NCBI RefSeq assembly: GCF_009834535.1
Contig: NC_045696.1
Span: forward strand, 81,098,001-81,162,000
Direction of reading: 5' to 3'
DNA from: Camelus ferus
Lineage: Eukaryota
Length of the DNA: 64,000 bases
The first letter of the stretch is position 1, and every line of letters starts with the position of its first letter. Below, piece after piece: positions 36,656 to 49,046 of the stretch. Below the pieces are notes generated by a model. The model was not told where the DNA came from and did not search any database. It saw nothing but the letters and a program-made list of their open reading frames with translations. A program made the translations under genes and the position numbers.

Positions 36656-38059
36656 CTAGAGGGACACAGAGAAGTTTAGCTTGAATTTGCCAAAAACCTA
36701 TTTAGATCCTTGAAAAGATGGTATGAAACCCCCATTCAAAAAATCGTCTGCCTCGTAAAACAAACAAATTCATATATCCTTAGTGCTAGCTTAGCCATAG
36801 GGATAAAAGCCTTAAAGAAAAAAATAGATCAGATGCCAGTGAAGCCCTGTTAAAAACAATCTGTGGAAGGGATGGTGTTAAGCAGCCATCTGTGCCATTA
36901 GTGGTGACACCCAGTGATGGGCTGCGATGGGTTCGCACTGCCTTCTGCCAGATGACAGCCCCCTGCCCTGGGCTGATGTTGACGGGCTCTTGGCTGCTTC
37001 TCTATGGCTCTTGGCAATCCACCGCTCTCTGGGAGTGAGAGTAATAGGGGATCCAACCACCCAATATTAACCTCTTCATCTCACAGAGGGGGTCTGTTGT
37101 CCACTGCATGGTTGCTTATAGATGTGGGGAGAAAGGCTGAAAATGCTTTCAAGCAAATGTGTGTCGTTGATCTGTTGGGAGCAGGTGGTAAATGAATACC
37201 TTTGGGGGAAGGGTTACGGCTCTTTTTTCCAAAATGGAAACCTTGGATGGTTTCCTAATCTTTCTTACTTAATTATTTAGGTAATCAGTTCTTGTCTTTA
37301 CAGTCCATCTGCTGCAATTGCTATCTTTTTTCTTCATCTAAGCATCTTTGAAAAGGCAAAATGCCAAAATCTTTGCTAGCCTGGTTCCCATCATTTTGAC
37401 CTTGTGCTGCTGGAAATACTGGAAAGTTACCTTGTCCTGACAGGCCTAGAGAGATCCCATGTTTGCCTGTCTCTAAACTGAATGTTACATTTCCCCAAAC
37501 AGCTGCATAATCTCTTGGACAACCTGATGGTGGGAAGGAAGGGACAGGATGGGGGGCCTTTATGTCATGTTGACCTTCAGAGCAACTTGACATGTTTGAG
37601 CTGGAACAGGCTGTGGGACCGTTGAGGAAAGTTCTGGAGGTGGAGATCCCTTCTTTGTCCAAAATCTGCCTTGTGACCTAGTGTCCTGGAGAATTTTCTC
37701 AGACAGCTTCATGGAGTTAGTTTGCCTTTCCCTAACTGCTGGGACTAGTCTCTGAAGAGAGTAGCCTGATGGGCTCTGTTTATGCCCCTTGTGTACCGGC
37801 AGCTTTGTGGCCATGGCTCGGGGACTGGAGGTCAGGAAGGGTGAGACGGGCTGCCTGGTGAATCCCAACGGTTGACAAAGGATCAGTGTACCTGTGTACA
37901 AATCTGAGTAAATATCCAAGTTAACATTGGAAGTCCTTCTTGGGCTGTTCTCTTTTTAATTTTATGTTCCTAATTATGTACGTCCATTTTTCCAATGTAA
38001 GCCAGCAGACAACGATCAACAATTATGTAGAATTCTTGGTTTTCTCTTGTAAGGAAATA

Positions 38060-38259
38060 CAGTTGACCCTTGAATAACACTGGTTTTAACTGCAGGAGTC
38101 CATTTATATACGATTTTTCAATAAATACATACTACAGTACTACACGATTCATGGTTGGTTGAATCCATGGATGCAGAACTGTGGATACGGAGGATCAACT
38201 GTAAAGTTACACGTGGATTTTCATCACCCCTAACATCTGTGTTGTTTAAGGGTCAACTG
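38060..38259. mobile_element. Tigger2-type (Tc1/mariner) MITE with intact TIRs and TA target-site duplication
   Basis: TA at 38058-59 and 38260-61; left TIR CAGTTGACCCTTGAATAACAC versus the reverse complement of the right end CAGTTGACCCTTAAACAACAC (19/21 identical). Confidence 0.92.
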
Positions 38260-38874
38260 TAATTTGGAGCGGAGATAAATATGTATATGAATATACAAGG
38301 TCTGTGAACTGAGAAAGATAGCTTTTGAAAAATCCCATTGATCTCTTCTGCTAATATGTACATGTGAACTACCAAATTGACTGTCTCAATGATATCAACT
38401 TGGTAATGTGTGATAAATCTTCGTACATCATTTCTGGCTATGAAATAAATTCACTTCTCTACCCAAGTACTTGGAATTTACAACCGAATTCCAGTGCCTA
38501 CATCTTCCCTACTCTCCCCACAGTTCCTGCTCTCCTCCCTTGAAGGCTCACTGTTGGACAGTGAGTGATTACTTTGGTTTATCAAAGGATTTTATTGAAC
38601 AGAGAGGGAAAGACTAAAAGTCAAAGGACTTGGGGTCTTGACCTCAATCTGCTACTAACTAGTTGAGACCTTGGACACGCCACCTAAACTCTTCTTGTTG
38701 GAAAAGCCTATGATTTTATGAGTATCTAGGACCTGCCTGGGCCTCACTTTGTTCTTCTGTAAAAAATGAGGAGAGGGATTTTATTGATACAGTCTTACAA
38801 ATCCCTGCTCCAAATGTCAGAGATCCTATCACACTGTGCCTTTTGGTGGTGGAGCTGGTGATATGGGGACATGA

Positions 38875-38995
38875 TTCATCCAGCACCTATTTATTGTGTG
38901 TCTAATAATGTCCCAGTCCCTGACCCAAGTAGTGGGGATACTGCAGTGAACAAAACCAATACAAGTCATTCCTTCTTAGAATTTGCATTCTAGGG
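38875..38995 (-). mobile_element. L2 3' end
   Basis: ttcatccagcacctatttattg...ggggatactgcagtgaacaaaac...atttgcattctag. Confidence 0.8.
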
Positions 38996-39002
38996 TAAAG
39001 AA

Positions 39003-39252
39003 TTATTATTAGCAAACACTTTTGAGTACTTACAATATGCCAGACGTTGCTTTAAATTTATCTATATATTAATTATTTTGTAATAGTCCTGTGAAGTAAG
39101 TACTACTGTCATCACTATTTTGCAGTTGAAGAAACTGAGGCCCAGAGAGATTAAATAATATGTTCAAGGTGACAGAGCTAGTAAGTGTTGAAGCTGGGAG
39201 CAGAATCCGGCTTTCTGGCTGTAGTCTGTGGTCTTAACTACGATGGCATACT
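39003..39252 (-). mobile_element. MIR SINE, near full length
   Basis: ttgagtacttacaatatgccagac...attttgcagttgaagaaactgaggcccagagagattaaataa...caaggtgacagagctagtaagt...tcttaactac. Confidence 0.9.
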
Positions 39253-39544
39253 GCCTTTCACTGTCAATTAATTGGTCAGCTTAAAGTAATCAGGATTCGT
39301 CCTAGCTGATGGCAAAGTAGGAAAAAAAGAAACGGTAGCTTTGGGTAGAAATCTCAGCGCCTGCTCAGTCTCCCTCTCTGGGACTCATCCAGGCTCTGAT
39401 GGGAAGGAGGGGCGCTGTGCAACGATTTGGTGCATTTTACTTCTGGTTGGTTGGGGGTCACTGGCCCTTCTCTGGCTTTATTGATAAACTGCCTGGCCTT
39501 CACCATCCGCACAGCCCCCAGTTAATTTCACACTGGCCACGTGT

Positions 39545-39955
39545 AGAGAAGTGAGTAATGCTGGACCTGGATTCAAAATACCTGAATTTGAATCCTGCCT
39601 CTACTACTGACCAATGCTGTCATCTTGGGCAACTTTTAATAATACCAGCAGCAAGGACAATCATAGCAGTGGCTTTCATTTGTTAAGCACTGCCATGCCT
39701 TGTGCTAAATGCTTTGCGTATGTTGTTCCTGATCCTCAGAACGATCCTCCTGGGAGGTATTTCTGTCCTCACTTTACAGCCTGATCTTGGCTGCTGTCTC
39801 CACCACATACTATTCAACCTTGAGCAGGTCACTTAATTCTTTGGAGCCTTTGTTTCATCATCTGAAAACTGGGGTTAGTAATATCTACTTCCCACAGTTG
39901 CTATGAAGATTAAATATGAAAATGTATATAAAGCCTTTAGGCCATTGCCTATCCA
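39545..39955. mobile_element. Cluster of MIR fragments (+, -, +)
   Basis: cctgaatttgaatcctgcctctactact...tcttgggcaa (+); ttaagcactgcc...gtgctaaatgcttt...ctcactttacag (-); ccttgagcaggtcacttaa...catctgaaaactgggg...atgaagattaaat (+). Confidence 0.75.
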
Positions 39956-40424
39956 GAGACAGCGATAATGCCCTTTATAGCTTAAAGTCTCGCTCCTATT
40001 AATCTGAGGAGCCTGGTTTCAAATCTAATTCTCAAGGCTGCCTTTGTGAGGACAGGCTGGAGCCGCGGCACCTCGACGGCCGCCCATGGGCAGTGGCAGG
40101 CTTGGGGGAAGCTGGTTCACGGCCAAGGGCTGTTGAGCAGCAGGTGGAACTGCAGACCCAACAGGAGGTGTGGAGGCTCTGTTCTCCCTGCACCGAGGGC
40201 TGGCAGCCACCAGTGTTGAGAACCGTGTCCCCTGAAGTTTGGCGGGGACCATGGCCTGATCCTGCCAGAGTTAGTATTAGTAAAAGGACGCCAGTGCTGT
40301 TCAGCCAAGCACAGCTGGAAGGGGCAGACGACCTTCTGGGGTCAACCTGCACGTAGCACCACCCTTCTTGAAGGATGACGCTGGACATGTGGCGCTGGGG
40401 GTGGGTGGGGTGCTTGGCCCGGGT

Positions 40425-40555
40425 CATGTGTGCGATGCAGCCTTATGAAGCGGGATTATCCCATTTTACGGGTGGGAAAACCGGAATATGAGAGGTCAGG
40501 TAACACTAGCAAGGAGCAGAGTCCTGACTTGAAACCTACCTTTTTGCACCAATCC
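40425..40555 (-). mobile_element. MIR fragment
   Basis: ccttatgaag...attatcccattttacgggtgggaaaaccgg...gagaggtcaggtaac. Confidence 0.7.
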
Positions 40556-42077
40556 TCTGATAGGTCTGCATAGTTTAATTTGTTCTGTATAGATAATCAA
40601 GTGAGAAGGTTCAACAGTCAGTGTTTTATTCTTCATTTTATACATGTAGCTTGAATCATCCATTCTGTTTGAGATGCACAGCTTGGGCAGTGTGTTAAGT
40701 CTGGGCTGTATTCCAGATGTCCCAGGTATATACTCTTGGAGCCCCTTGTAATTTTCCTGCTTATCGCTTTTCATTGTAATTTAAGACTGTGAACTTGTAG
40801 TTCTGTGTTCATGTCTAGTCCTTCATTAAATTGGAAGCACCAGGAGGCAGGGCCAATGTATCACCTGCTTCCACCAGTAGATGGGCGTGGAGGGTGTGGG
40901 TAGCAGCCGGGGACTGAATACACTCCATTGCGGAAGGGCTCCTCAGACCCCCACAGTAGGAAGGGAGGTCCATGGAAAATGATTCGAGGGACCTTGCCTG
41001 GCTGTGCGTGCAGACTGGACTGCAACTGGGGGATGCTGCGTTGCATCAGCACAATGTTTCCCAGGGCTGTACTTACTTTGGAATAACAGCGGTGTTGAAA
41101 AGCCTGAAGGCTCAAGATAAATATGGAGAGTTCTCCTACTGTTCCTGTTTTCTTTGTTCTGTTTTGCTTTTGTAAGCATATGCTTGTCAGTTAAGGCTGA
41201 AACCGAACAAAACAGCTGCTAAATATGGTTCTAAGAGAAATAACATTTTGGTCTTTTTAAGGCCTGTAAGTTTAGAGTAAGCACAGTCTTTTGGCAGATG
41301 TCAGTAGGGAATCTGGGGGTAGGCAGTCGTTCTGGGAGCCGTATCAGCCATCCATATTCTGTGGGGTCTGTTTCACACTGCTGCAGAACCGGTGACCTCA
41401 AGTCAAAGGTCTGTCACAGAGTGGCTATGTCTTTAAGAGGAGTTTGGGAGAAGGGTTGTCTAGAGTCTGTGTAAGCTGTTGCTTAGGACGCCTCCCAAGT
41501 TCTCTCTTGATTTCATTTTTAGACATGGAGGGAGGGTAGGGACGGGGAGGACTGGGAAGAATATGTATCAACTTTTATGATGCTCAGGAAGTAGTCATCC
41601 TAGTTAGATATTTAGGTTTGCCTTTTTCAATCTTTGGGATTTAGTCCAGAGATGTTATTTAGTGTTCTGGTAAATCCAGTGTCATTCAGGAAAGAAAGTG
41701 TAACTCAGTGAATGGGAATATTAACTTCTAGATCTTAAATCACTCCACCCTGCTGAGAAGTCAGACTTGAGCCTGCCAATACCACCGGAATTTCACCAGC
41801 TGATAGAAGAGAGGATTTTTTCCAGCGCTCCGGGAGCCCAGAAAAGTTAATGAATCTTCCCAGTTGTCTCTCTAATTTCTAAAGAGATACCTGTTTGTCC
41901 ATAAATATCTGACCCTGTTTATTAAGCATGTGGTGATCTTGGTTAACACACAATAGGCTTTCTTTTACTGGCTTTGTTAGTTGAGAATATATGAAATACA
42001 GATTGAATTTTTCTGGCTTATTCCTTGTAGATTAAATGAACTCTATTTCAAAGGGAAAAAGAAAAGGAAGGAAAGAG

Positions 42078-42270
42078 GTTAATATTTACCAAAGTCTATT
42101 ATATTTCAGGCCCTGAGCTAGTGTAGATGCTTTCACAGTCTTCACAGTCTTCTGTCTGGGAGATACCCCATTTTAAAGATGAAGAAACTGAGACTCAGGG
42201 CAGTTTTGAAACTTGCCCAAGCTTGGAGAGCTAGCAAGTGGTAAATCAAGGGCTGGGAAGTCTGATTCTA
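42078..42270 (-). mobile_element. MIR SINE
   Basis: ccccattttaaagatgaagaaactgagactcagg...aacttgcccaag...agctagcaagtgg. Confidence 0.85.
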
Positions 42271-42284
42271 TGAAGCTGATGGGG

Positions 42285-42535
42285 TGGCAAGTGGTTAAGA
42301 GTCCAGGGTTTGGAGTCTGACCAGCCCGGTACCCACCCTGGCTCAGACATCCATCGGTGGTATGACCTTGACTAAGGTCTTATTCTCTCTGTGCCTCAGT
42401 TTCTTCCTCTGTAAAACAAAGACAGCAATAGCATCCACTTGATAGAGTTGTGATAATTAAATGACTTGTTCATGGAAAATGCTTAGAATAGTGCCTGGAA
42501 TATAAATGCTCATAAAATGTTAGTGATTGTTGTGA
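42285..42535 (+). mobile_element. MIR SINE, near full length
   Basis: agtggttaagagtccagggtttggagtctgac...tgaccttg...ctctgtgcctcagtttcttcctctgtaaaa...gcttagaatagtgcctgg...aaatgttag. Confidence 0.9.
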
Positions 42536-43219
42536 TTTTTATTATTATGACTAGCCAAATTTGCCTTCATCTGTTCTGGCTGAAAAGTTACATTTTCTTT
42601 CATGCAACAGCTTGTCTTTTGGTATGTCATTATATTTCATTATGAAATAATGTAAACTACTCTACCTTAGAATTAAATTTTCTTTTCAGCCTTCCAGCAA
42701 AGGTTAAGATCTGAATAAAGGCGTGTGTAGCCAACAGGGATTCCTGACTTTGGTAAATGTCAACGATTTGCTCTTTTCTCCTTGGTGTGTGTAACCTTCT
42801 TCCATGCCGCCCATCCTGGCTTGACGAGCAGCTAAGCAAACAGGAGAGGGAGAATTAAGCTGGTTCTTGTCTCCTACCTTTCCTGTCTTTGTAACATGAT
42901 CATTAGGTACAGCGTCTTCTTGTTGCGTTGCCTGTGGTTGCATCCTGACAGCCTGTCTTCTCCGTGCACCTGAGGCCCAGCTTACACCAACAGGCTTTAG
43001 GAGTTTTCTTTAGAGCTGGCAATACCATGGGAGCTTATGCATGTGACAGTTTTGTGCAGCTGGGATCTGGTCAGGGGTCGGAAGGGGCAGTGGCTGGGAA
43101 AGTTTTGTCTAGACCGAAAAGGAAATGACGTAAGTTTGCTTGACCTTTGGCTCTACCTTCTGATCCCATTTTTTGCAACGCATGTGGAGCATGGGGAGTG
43201 GGATGTCAGCCTCCCTGAG

Positions 43220-44130
43220 TAAATAGTTACGTCTAGCAGTTATATGTTGGACACCGTGCTAAGTGCTGGAAATATTAAGATAAATATGGTCCAGTGCCTG
43301 CTCTCAGGCCATTGTAATTCACCAAGGGAGAGACGTGGAAGAGGGGATTTGTGCTGTGGGAAAGTGGTTATCATAGAGCTATCTATGTACAACGTGTGGT
43401 GGGTGCAAAGAAGCAGTGGCACTGATTTGAGGAAGGCTTCACAGAAGAGGTGTCACACTGGCCCTTCAAGGATGGGCTTGCCTCACAGAGAATGGTAGAA
43501 GGAATAATCTTAGCAGGCAGATATTATGAACCAAAGCAGAGAGACACGGTTAAGTGTGATGTGTTAGGGAAGTGAGGTTTGAGATGGTTGATTATAGGCA
43601 CAAAATGATGGATCACAGTCTGGGAACGAAGGCCAGGCCTAAGAATGACAGGACCTTGACTTTCAATTGGAACCACATTGTGTAGGATTTTAAAGCATGG
43701 TGTATTGTGTTTGGAAATGTCTATTTTAGAAAGATCCCTGTGAAGGATAGATTGAAAAGAGGAGAGAATTAATTGAAAATCAACAGTCCCAGGAAGAAGT
43801 GGTGAGTCCTGGTGTATGAACAGAGTGGAGTAGATGGTTATGGTGGATTTTTGTAGATAAAATCATTAGCACTTGGTGACTGACATGAGATGGAACCTTG
43901 GGGTCAGCCAACCTTTAAGGTCTGGGGAGAAGAAACAAAAATCTCTATGAGTGGTCTGATGGAAGACAAAGGAGGGGGAAGATTTCAATAAGAGTGGCGG
44001 TTCTTAGCAGTGTAAATGCCTCAAAGGGAACAACCAGGACAGACTGAGAAGAAACCATTACAAACAGCAGATGGAGGTCATTGGTGAGCCTTGGGAGAGA
44101 TTACTTTAGAGTCCTGCAAGAATGGCGAGT
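43220..44130 (-). mobile_element. L2 LINE, long degraded fragment
   Basis: gacaccgtgctaagtgctggaaata...ggaaggcttcacagaagaggtg...ggattttaaagca...ttttagaaagatccctg...gacttggtgactga-like...ggaggtcattggtgagccttgg. Confidence 0.75.
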
Positions 44131-44462
44131 ACAGCTGAATGCTCACCATGTACAATTCCCCAAGAAAGCCACTAACATTTATATGTATTTGTGTAAGAGA
44201 ATATCCACAAACATCTGGCTCTGCAGGAACTTGGGTTGGGGCATAAGGGAGAGGGAAGCTTAGAATCAGTGCTAAGTTCGAGTGTCGCTGAACAATAGCT
44301 CTGCCTTGTGTTTTCTAGGGTCTTAGAGAGCCCCCTCCTTGCAAATACTAAATCTCTTAATTGTGACGTTCTGTCTTACCACTGTCAACGTACTGTAGAA
44401 AGCAGATGCTTATAGACTTCTCTTCCAGTTCCAAACGGGTATTCATTTCTAGGTGCAGTGCT

Positions 44463-44900
44463 TGTAGTGGATGCTGTGGTGTGTCACCCAGATTCCCTTT
44501 CCACTCACTACTGGGCTGCTCATTTTCTGCCCACTGGGAATGTGGGCAGCTGTCAGTGGTTCTCACCTGGAAGTTGTCCTCTGCTGAAGAGTGTCGCTTC
44601 ATAACCTCTGGGATGGGAGAGCCTGAGTGCCATGACTAAGTCAATGGAGGTGGGGTACAGAGGTCCCCATGCCTCAAGGTAGGATGATTTTGAAGAGCCA
44701 TCCCAGCTCCAGGGCTCCTGTGGGACCAGATCTGTCTTTGTTCCGCTGCATCACAGTTAACCCTTTCCCCTTCCATCTGCTTATCCAATCCTTTCTCCTT
44801 TACCCCCAGTGATGTTGATTCTGAGACACACACACACCCTGATTAACCCTCTGTGTAAATTTCACTGGTTCTCAGAGTCTTTCCTGGGGAACCACCCTAC
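44463..44900 (+). mobile_element. ERVL solo LTR (LTR16-like)
   Basis: Starts tgtagtggatgctgtggtgtgtcacccagattccc; internal gccatcccagctccagggctcc; ends ctcagagtctttcctggggaacc. Confidence 0.85.
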
Positions 44901-46089
44901 TTGGATGATTGTTTCCGGTTTGGTTGCCTACCCAAGGAGGGTTGCCAGTCAAACTCTAGTCCCTCTGACCTTTGCTTCTGAGCCCTTCGGATGTATCCAG
45001 TGGAAGGAGCCTCTCTCCCAGCAGCTGGAATGAAAGTCTTGGCACTGAGCCTTCTTGGCTCCGACTGGCTGGGCCATATGCCTATTAATCAAATATTGGA
45101 GGAGAGGAAGGAACCTAGAAGTCAGCTGCCCGCCTCCTCCTGAGACCTACCCATTAAACCTCAGCCCTGAGCAGGTGTCTGTGAGGTGGGGTGACCCAGG
45201 GGTGCCCTGTTTCTGTGCCTGCCTCCCCTTCCACCCCTCCTGTGCTTCCCAGGCTCCTTAAGGCATCCAGAACTCACCATCTTAACATCTCCTTACTTTG
45301 GTTCATATTTTATTCTTTTTTTAGTAAAGAAAAATGAATGTTGAAAATACAATTGAGATATTTCAAGCAAATGTAGAACCTCTCTTGAAATTTGTTGCAG
45401 AAACACCACTGAGCAAACAAACTACTGGGAAGCACAGCTTAGAAACAAACAGCAGCTGCCACCGTTTCTGAGCTTTTTGCTCCCCCCCCCCCCCCGTTTC
45501 TTTCTAATTCCTAATTTCTTTGTAATAAAACCTGCTGCTCTAATGGCCTACTGGTTCAGCAAACACAATTTTTCTTTCCAATCTTGAGGTGCTGCCCAGG
45601 TGGCAGTGACAGTGACTTCTAGCTCCAGGGTCCCTGTCTACGGAGCTGTAGGTCCTTACCGTGCTCTCCTGTCTCACGGTTCCATCTGGAACGTGTCCTC
45701 ACCTCCCAGACCAGGTGGGGCGTAGTTGGAATTTCTGGACTTCTCCATCTGACGGGACGTGAGTCTGGAGTGGGGTTACTTGCCCTCCTGGCTTTATAAT
45801 AACAAATGATGCTAATACCAGTCTTCATGAGCAACTAAGTCCTTCAAGCTGTTGGTTTTTTATTTTGTTTTATTATTATTTTTTAATTTGTCTTCTAGGT
45901 GGGATCTTTGAAGGCACATTGCAAAGAGCTTCTCTTGGGCCTGATGTATCAAAGACTGAACTTTGAAGAGCGCTAATTTGTCACATCACACTCATTTGTC
46001 TCCTTCCCCAGGAACAGCAGCCCTTCTTCCTTTCAGTAGTACCAGGGGTGTGGAATTCCTCAGCTTAAAATTGATTCCTATTAGCTATT

Positions 46090-46290
46090 AATACGTGCTG
46101 ACTCTGGGCTAGGAGTGGCGCTGGGCCCTCACTCACGCTTCCCCAGAGCTCTGCTGAGCTGTCATCCCTGTGGTGTCTGCAGGGACACTGAGTTGCTCTC
46201 CCAGGGTATCCTGGGGTCACGCAGCCAGACAAGGCCAAGAGCTGCTGTTCAGCCCAGGTCTGTCTGCACCTAAAGCTCAGGCTCCCCCTC
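46090..46290 (-). mobile_element. MIR fragment (GC-drifted)
   Basis: ggggtcacgcagcc...agagctgctgttcagcccaggtctgtctg...aaagctcaggctc. Confidence 0.55.
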
Positions 46291-46419
46291 CTGCCTCTGT
46301 CACTGTAAAACTCTCTGGCAGGGCTCTGTACACGTGTTGACCAGAGATAGGAATGCTTTTTAGGCCAGATGTTGAAGTCTTTTTTATTTGTCCCTCAGAG
46401 TTTTTTTGTTTTTGTTTTT

Positions 46420-46559
46420 GTTTTTATTTTTTATTTTTAAACTTTTTTTATTGAGTTATAGTCATTTTTACAATGTTGTGTCAAATTCCAATGTAGAGCA
46501 CAATTTTTCAGTTATACATGGACATATATATTCATTGTCACATTTTTTTTTCATTGTGA
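46420..46559 (-). mobile_element. Young, heavily 5'-truncated lineage-specific L1 3' end with TSD
   Basis: T-rich tail then ttgagttatagtcattttacaatgttgtgtcaaattcc...tcagttatacat; flanked by TGTTTTTGTTTTT at 46407-46419 and 46560-46572; minus-strand TT/AAAA endonuclease site. Confidence 0.85.
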
Positions 46560-47225
46560 TGTTTTTGTTTTTAAATGAATGAGTGCCTAACTTTTAAAAA
46601 TAAGGAGCTCTCACATTAAACAAAATGTTCGGTTTTTCTTGAAAAAATCTTTAGACCTGGCAATATTGTGTTCATCAGTTGATGCTACAACTACTGGTTC
46701 CAGGGTGGTACCCACCCCCCGCCCAGCAAAGGACACATGCCCCCAGCGGCCCGCCTCACTCTTTTCCATTACTTGCCTGTCTTCTGTGGACCTATATGTT
46801 TGTGGTTCTTGATCTAGGCCTTTAAAGAAATGATTCCTGTCCAATCAGGAAATCAGTAGAGATTGAAGTCACTTTCTGCTTCTGAGTTAAGTTTTATAGG
46901 CTTTTTTTTTTTTTTTTTGACTTTTGGGATGGAGATCAGTAATAGCCACGATTACTGGATATTTATTGAGCACTCTAACAATTCGCTGACATTGAGGGTT
47001 AGCTGACACCTGTTTGGTGGTAAGAACTTGCATAATTCTCCAATTTAGTTTGCAAAATAAACCCTGCTGGACTCCCCAGGTACTGTAGGAACTGATGCCA
47101 ACCGCAAAAGTGTGTTTTGCAGAGGCAGCCTCATAGAGAGGGGAGATGAATCCAAAAAAATACATCCTGAAAGAGGAAATTAGGTAGATACCATTTTCTT
47201 TTGGAAACTGTTGAGTGCTGTAGGT

Positions 47226-47535
47226 AAGAACTTATTTACAAAACAGAAACAGACTCACAGACATAGAAAACAAACTTAAGGTTGCCAGGGGGAAAGGTGG
47301 GGGGAAGGGATAAATTGGGAGTTCGAGATTTGCAGATACTAACTACTGTATGTAAACTAGGTAAACAAGTTTACACTGTATAGCACAGGGAACTATATTC
47401 AATATCTTGTAGTGACTTATAATGAAAAAGAATATGAAAAGGAATATATGTATGTATATGTATATGATTGAAACATACTGTACACCAGAAATTGACACAA
47501 CATTGTAAGCTGATGATACTTCATCAAAAAAAAAA
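47226..47535 (+). mobile_element. Artiodactyl-type L1 3' end, sense to TNIK
   Basis: gaacttatttacaaaacagaaacagactcacagacatagaaaacaaactta...gggataaattgggagtt...tgtatagcacagggaactatattcaatatcttgta...acaccagaaattgacacaacattgtaa, then A10. Confidence 0.92.
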
Positions 47536-47939
47536 GGTTGCCCCCCAGTACAGGAACACCCCTTTGTGAACTGCCATTGTTCAACACAGTGAGCAGCTCA
47601 GAAATGTCAAAGAGAAAGAACTTACAAATTAGAACCCCCTCAGGATGATGAGTCTTTCATTTTATCCTGATGTACCTACAAGTATGTTTTCCATTTGACA
47701 GTGAGAAATGTGTTAATTCTTTTTTATTGTTTCAATGGAAGGCTTATCTCCTTTTGTCTGATTTAAACACATCTCATAGAAATGTAAAATAGAAACAAAT
47801 GGATTATGACTGATTTCATAGCTGCAGCTGAATTAAATTTTAATCTATTTAATACAAACATATGAGAGCCCCCCAAAGCTAAAGTTGTTTATTCACTTAT
47901 TTTAAATACATATTTGTTTTGGATTAAGACAATGCCTAG

Positions 47940-48080
<141 letters not shown>

Positions 48081-49043
48081 TAGTTTCAGTTCATGAATGC
48101 TGAGTAGCAGTGCTGTCTGTTCTCACGCATGTATGTCTCTTAACAGATTTAAAATGAAATAATATACTTATTAATTGACTGTCCATCTTTTTAACTGTAT
48201 CTGTAGTCCCATTGCCTAAACCGGATTCTGGGATTTGGGCATTTCCCTTCATAATATATTACAGAGTTTACATCTGACACATGAATTCTGATGTTGCATA
48301 TTTCAAGCTCTTTAAGTGTTTACTTTCCTTTACTTTAATCACTGCCAGAACTGGTTTTCAAAGACGCAAAGAATGCCATTTACTTTAGAAATTTAAGCTA
48401 CTAAGGTGTCGCAGCTGTAAAGCAAATTTGTTCCTGGAGTAGGGCATGGGTTAAATAAGTTTAGTGAACAGTGTTTGGAGAAAACTGGCCGCCTCACCAA
48501 GAAAGGCCTCATGGCAGCAGTGACTTCTACAAGGTAGGAAGTAATTAAAAGGTGAACTTGAGTTGAGATTAAGCTGAAGAATGAAAAGTTCTTCTTGCCC
48601 TTATACTAATTTTTGCTTATAAATTCACCCCAAACATGCTTTTAAAGGATATTTTCCCCCAGTAAATGATCTAAAAAAGGGATTGTTTGGAAAAGTGGGT
48701 TGATTCTCCTGATTATCAAAAGAAAATGGAAATGAACTGTTTTTGGACTAAAGCTCAGAGAGTTTTAGTGAATGAGTTGTTGAAATCAGTGGTTTCAAAA
48801 CAAACCAGCTGTTTCCTCATGATTATTTCTAGGGAGATAACCATCACTTCCCCGAGTGGTAGTGAGAGGGGGTGGCCGTCCCACTACAAGTGACCTCCCT
48901 TGTTGTTCTGGTTTTTTTTTTTTTTTAATTCCTTCTCTGAGTCCTAAACTTCTCTTAGTTGATTAAAATTATTGTAGATTTTTGTGATATTTCCAGTTCT
49001 ACAGAATGTCAAAAGAATATATATATGTGTGTGTATGTGTGTA

Positions 49044-49046
<3 letters not shown>

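Noticed and set aside
39400..40890. CTCF-like motifs (aggaggggcgctg, catgtggcgctg, ccagtagatgggcg)
   Set aside because: Each deviates at core positions; cannot be supported without PWM scoring or ChIP data.
42078..42535. Adjacent inverted MIR pair as a dsRNA or editing substrate
   Set aside because: The copies are too diverged for a long stable duplex; only short core stretches could pair.
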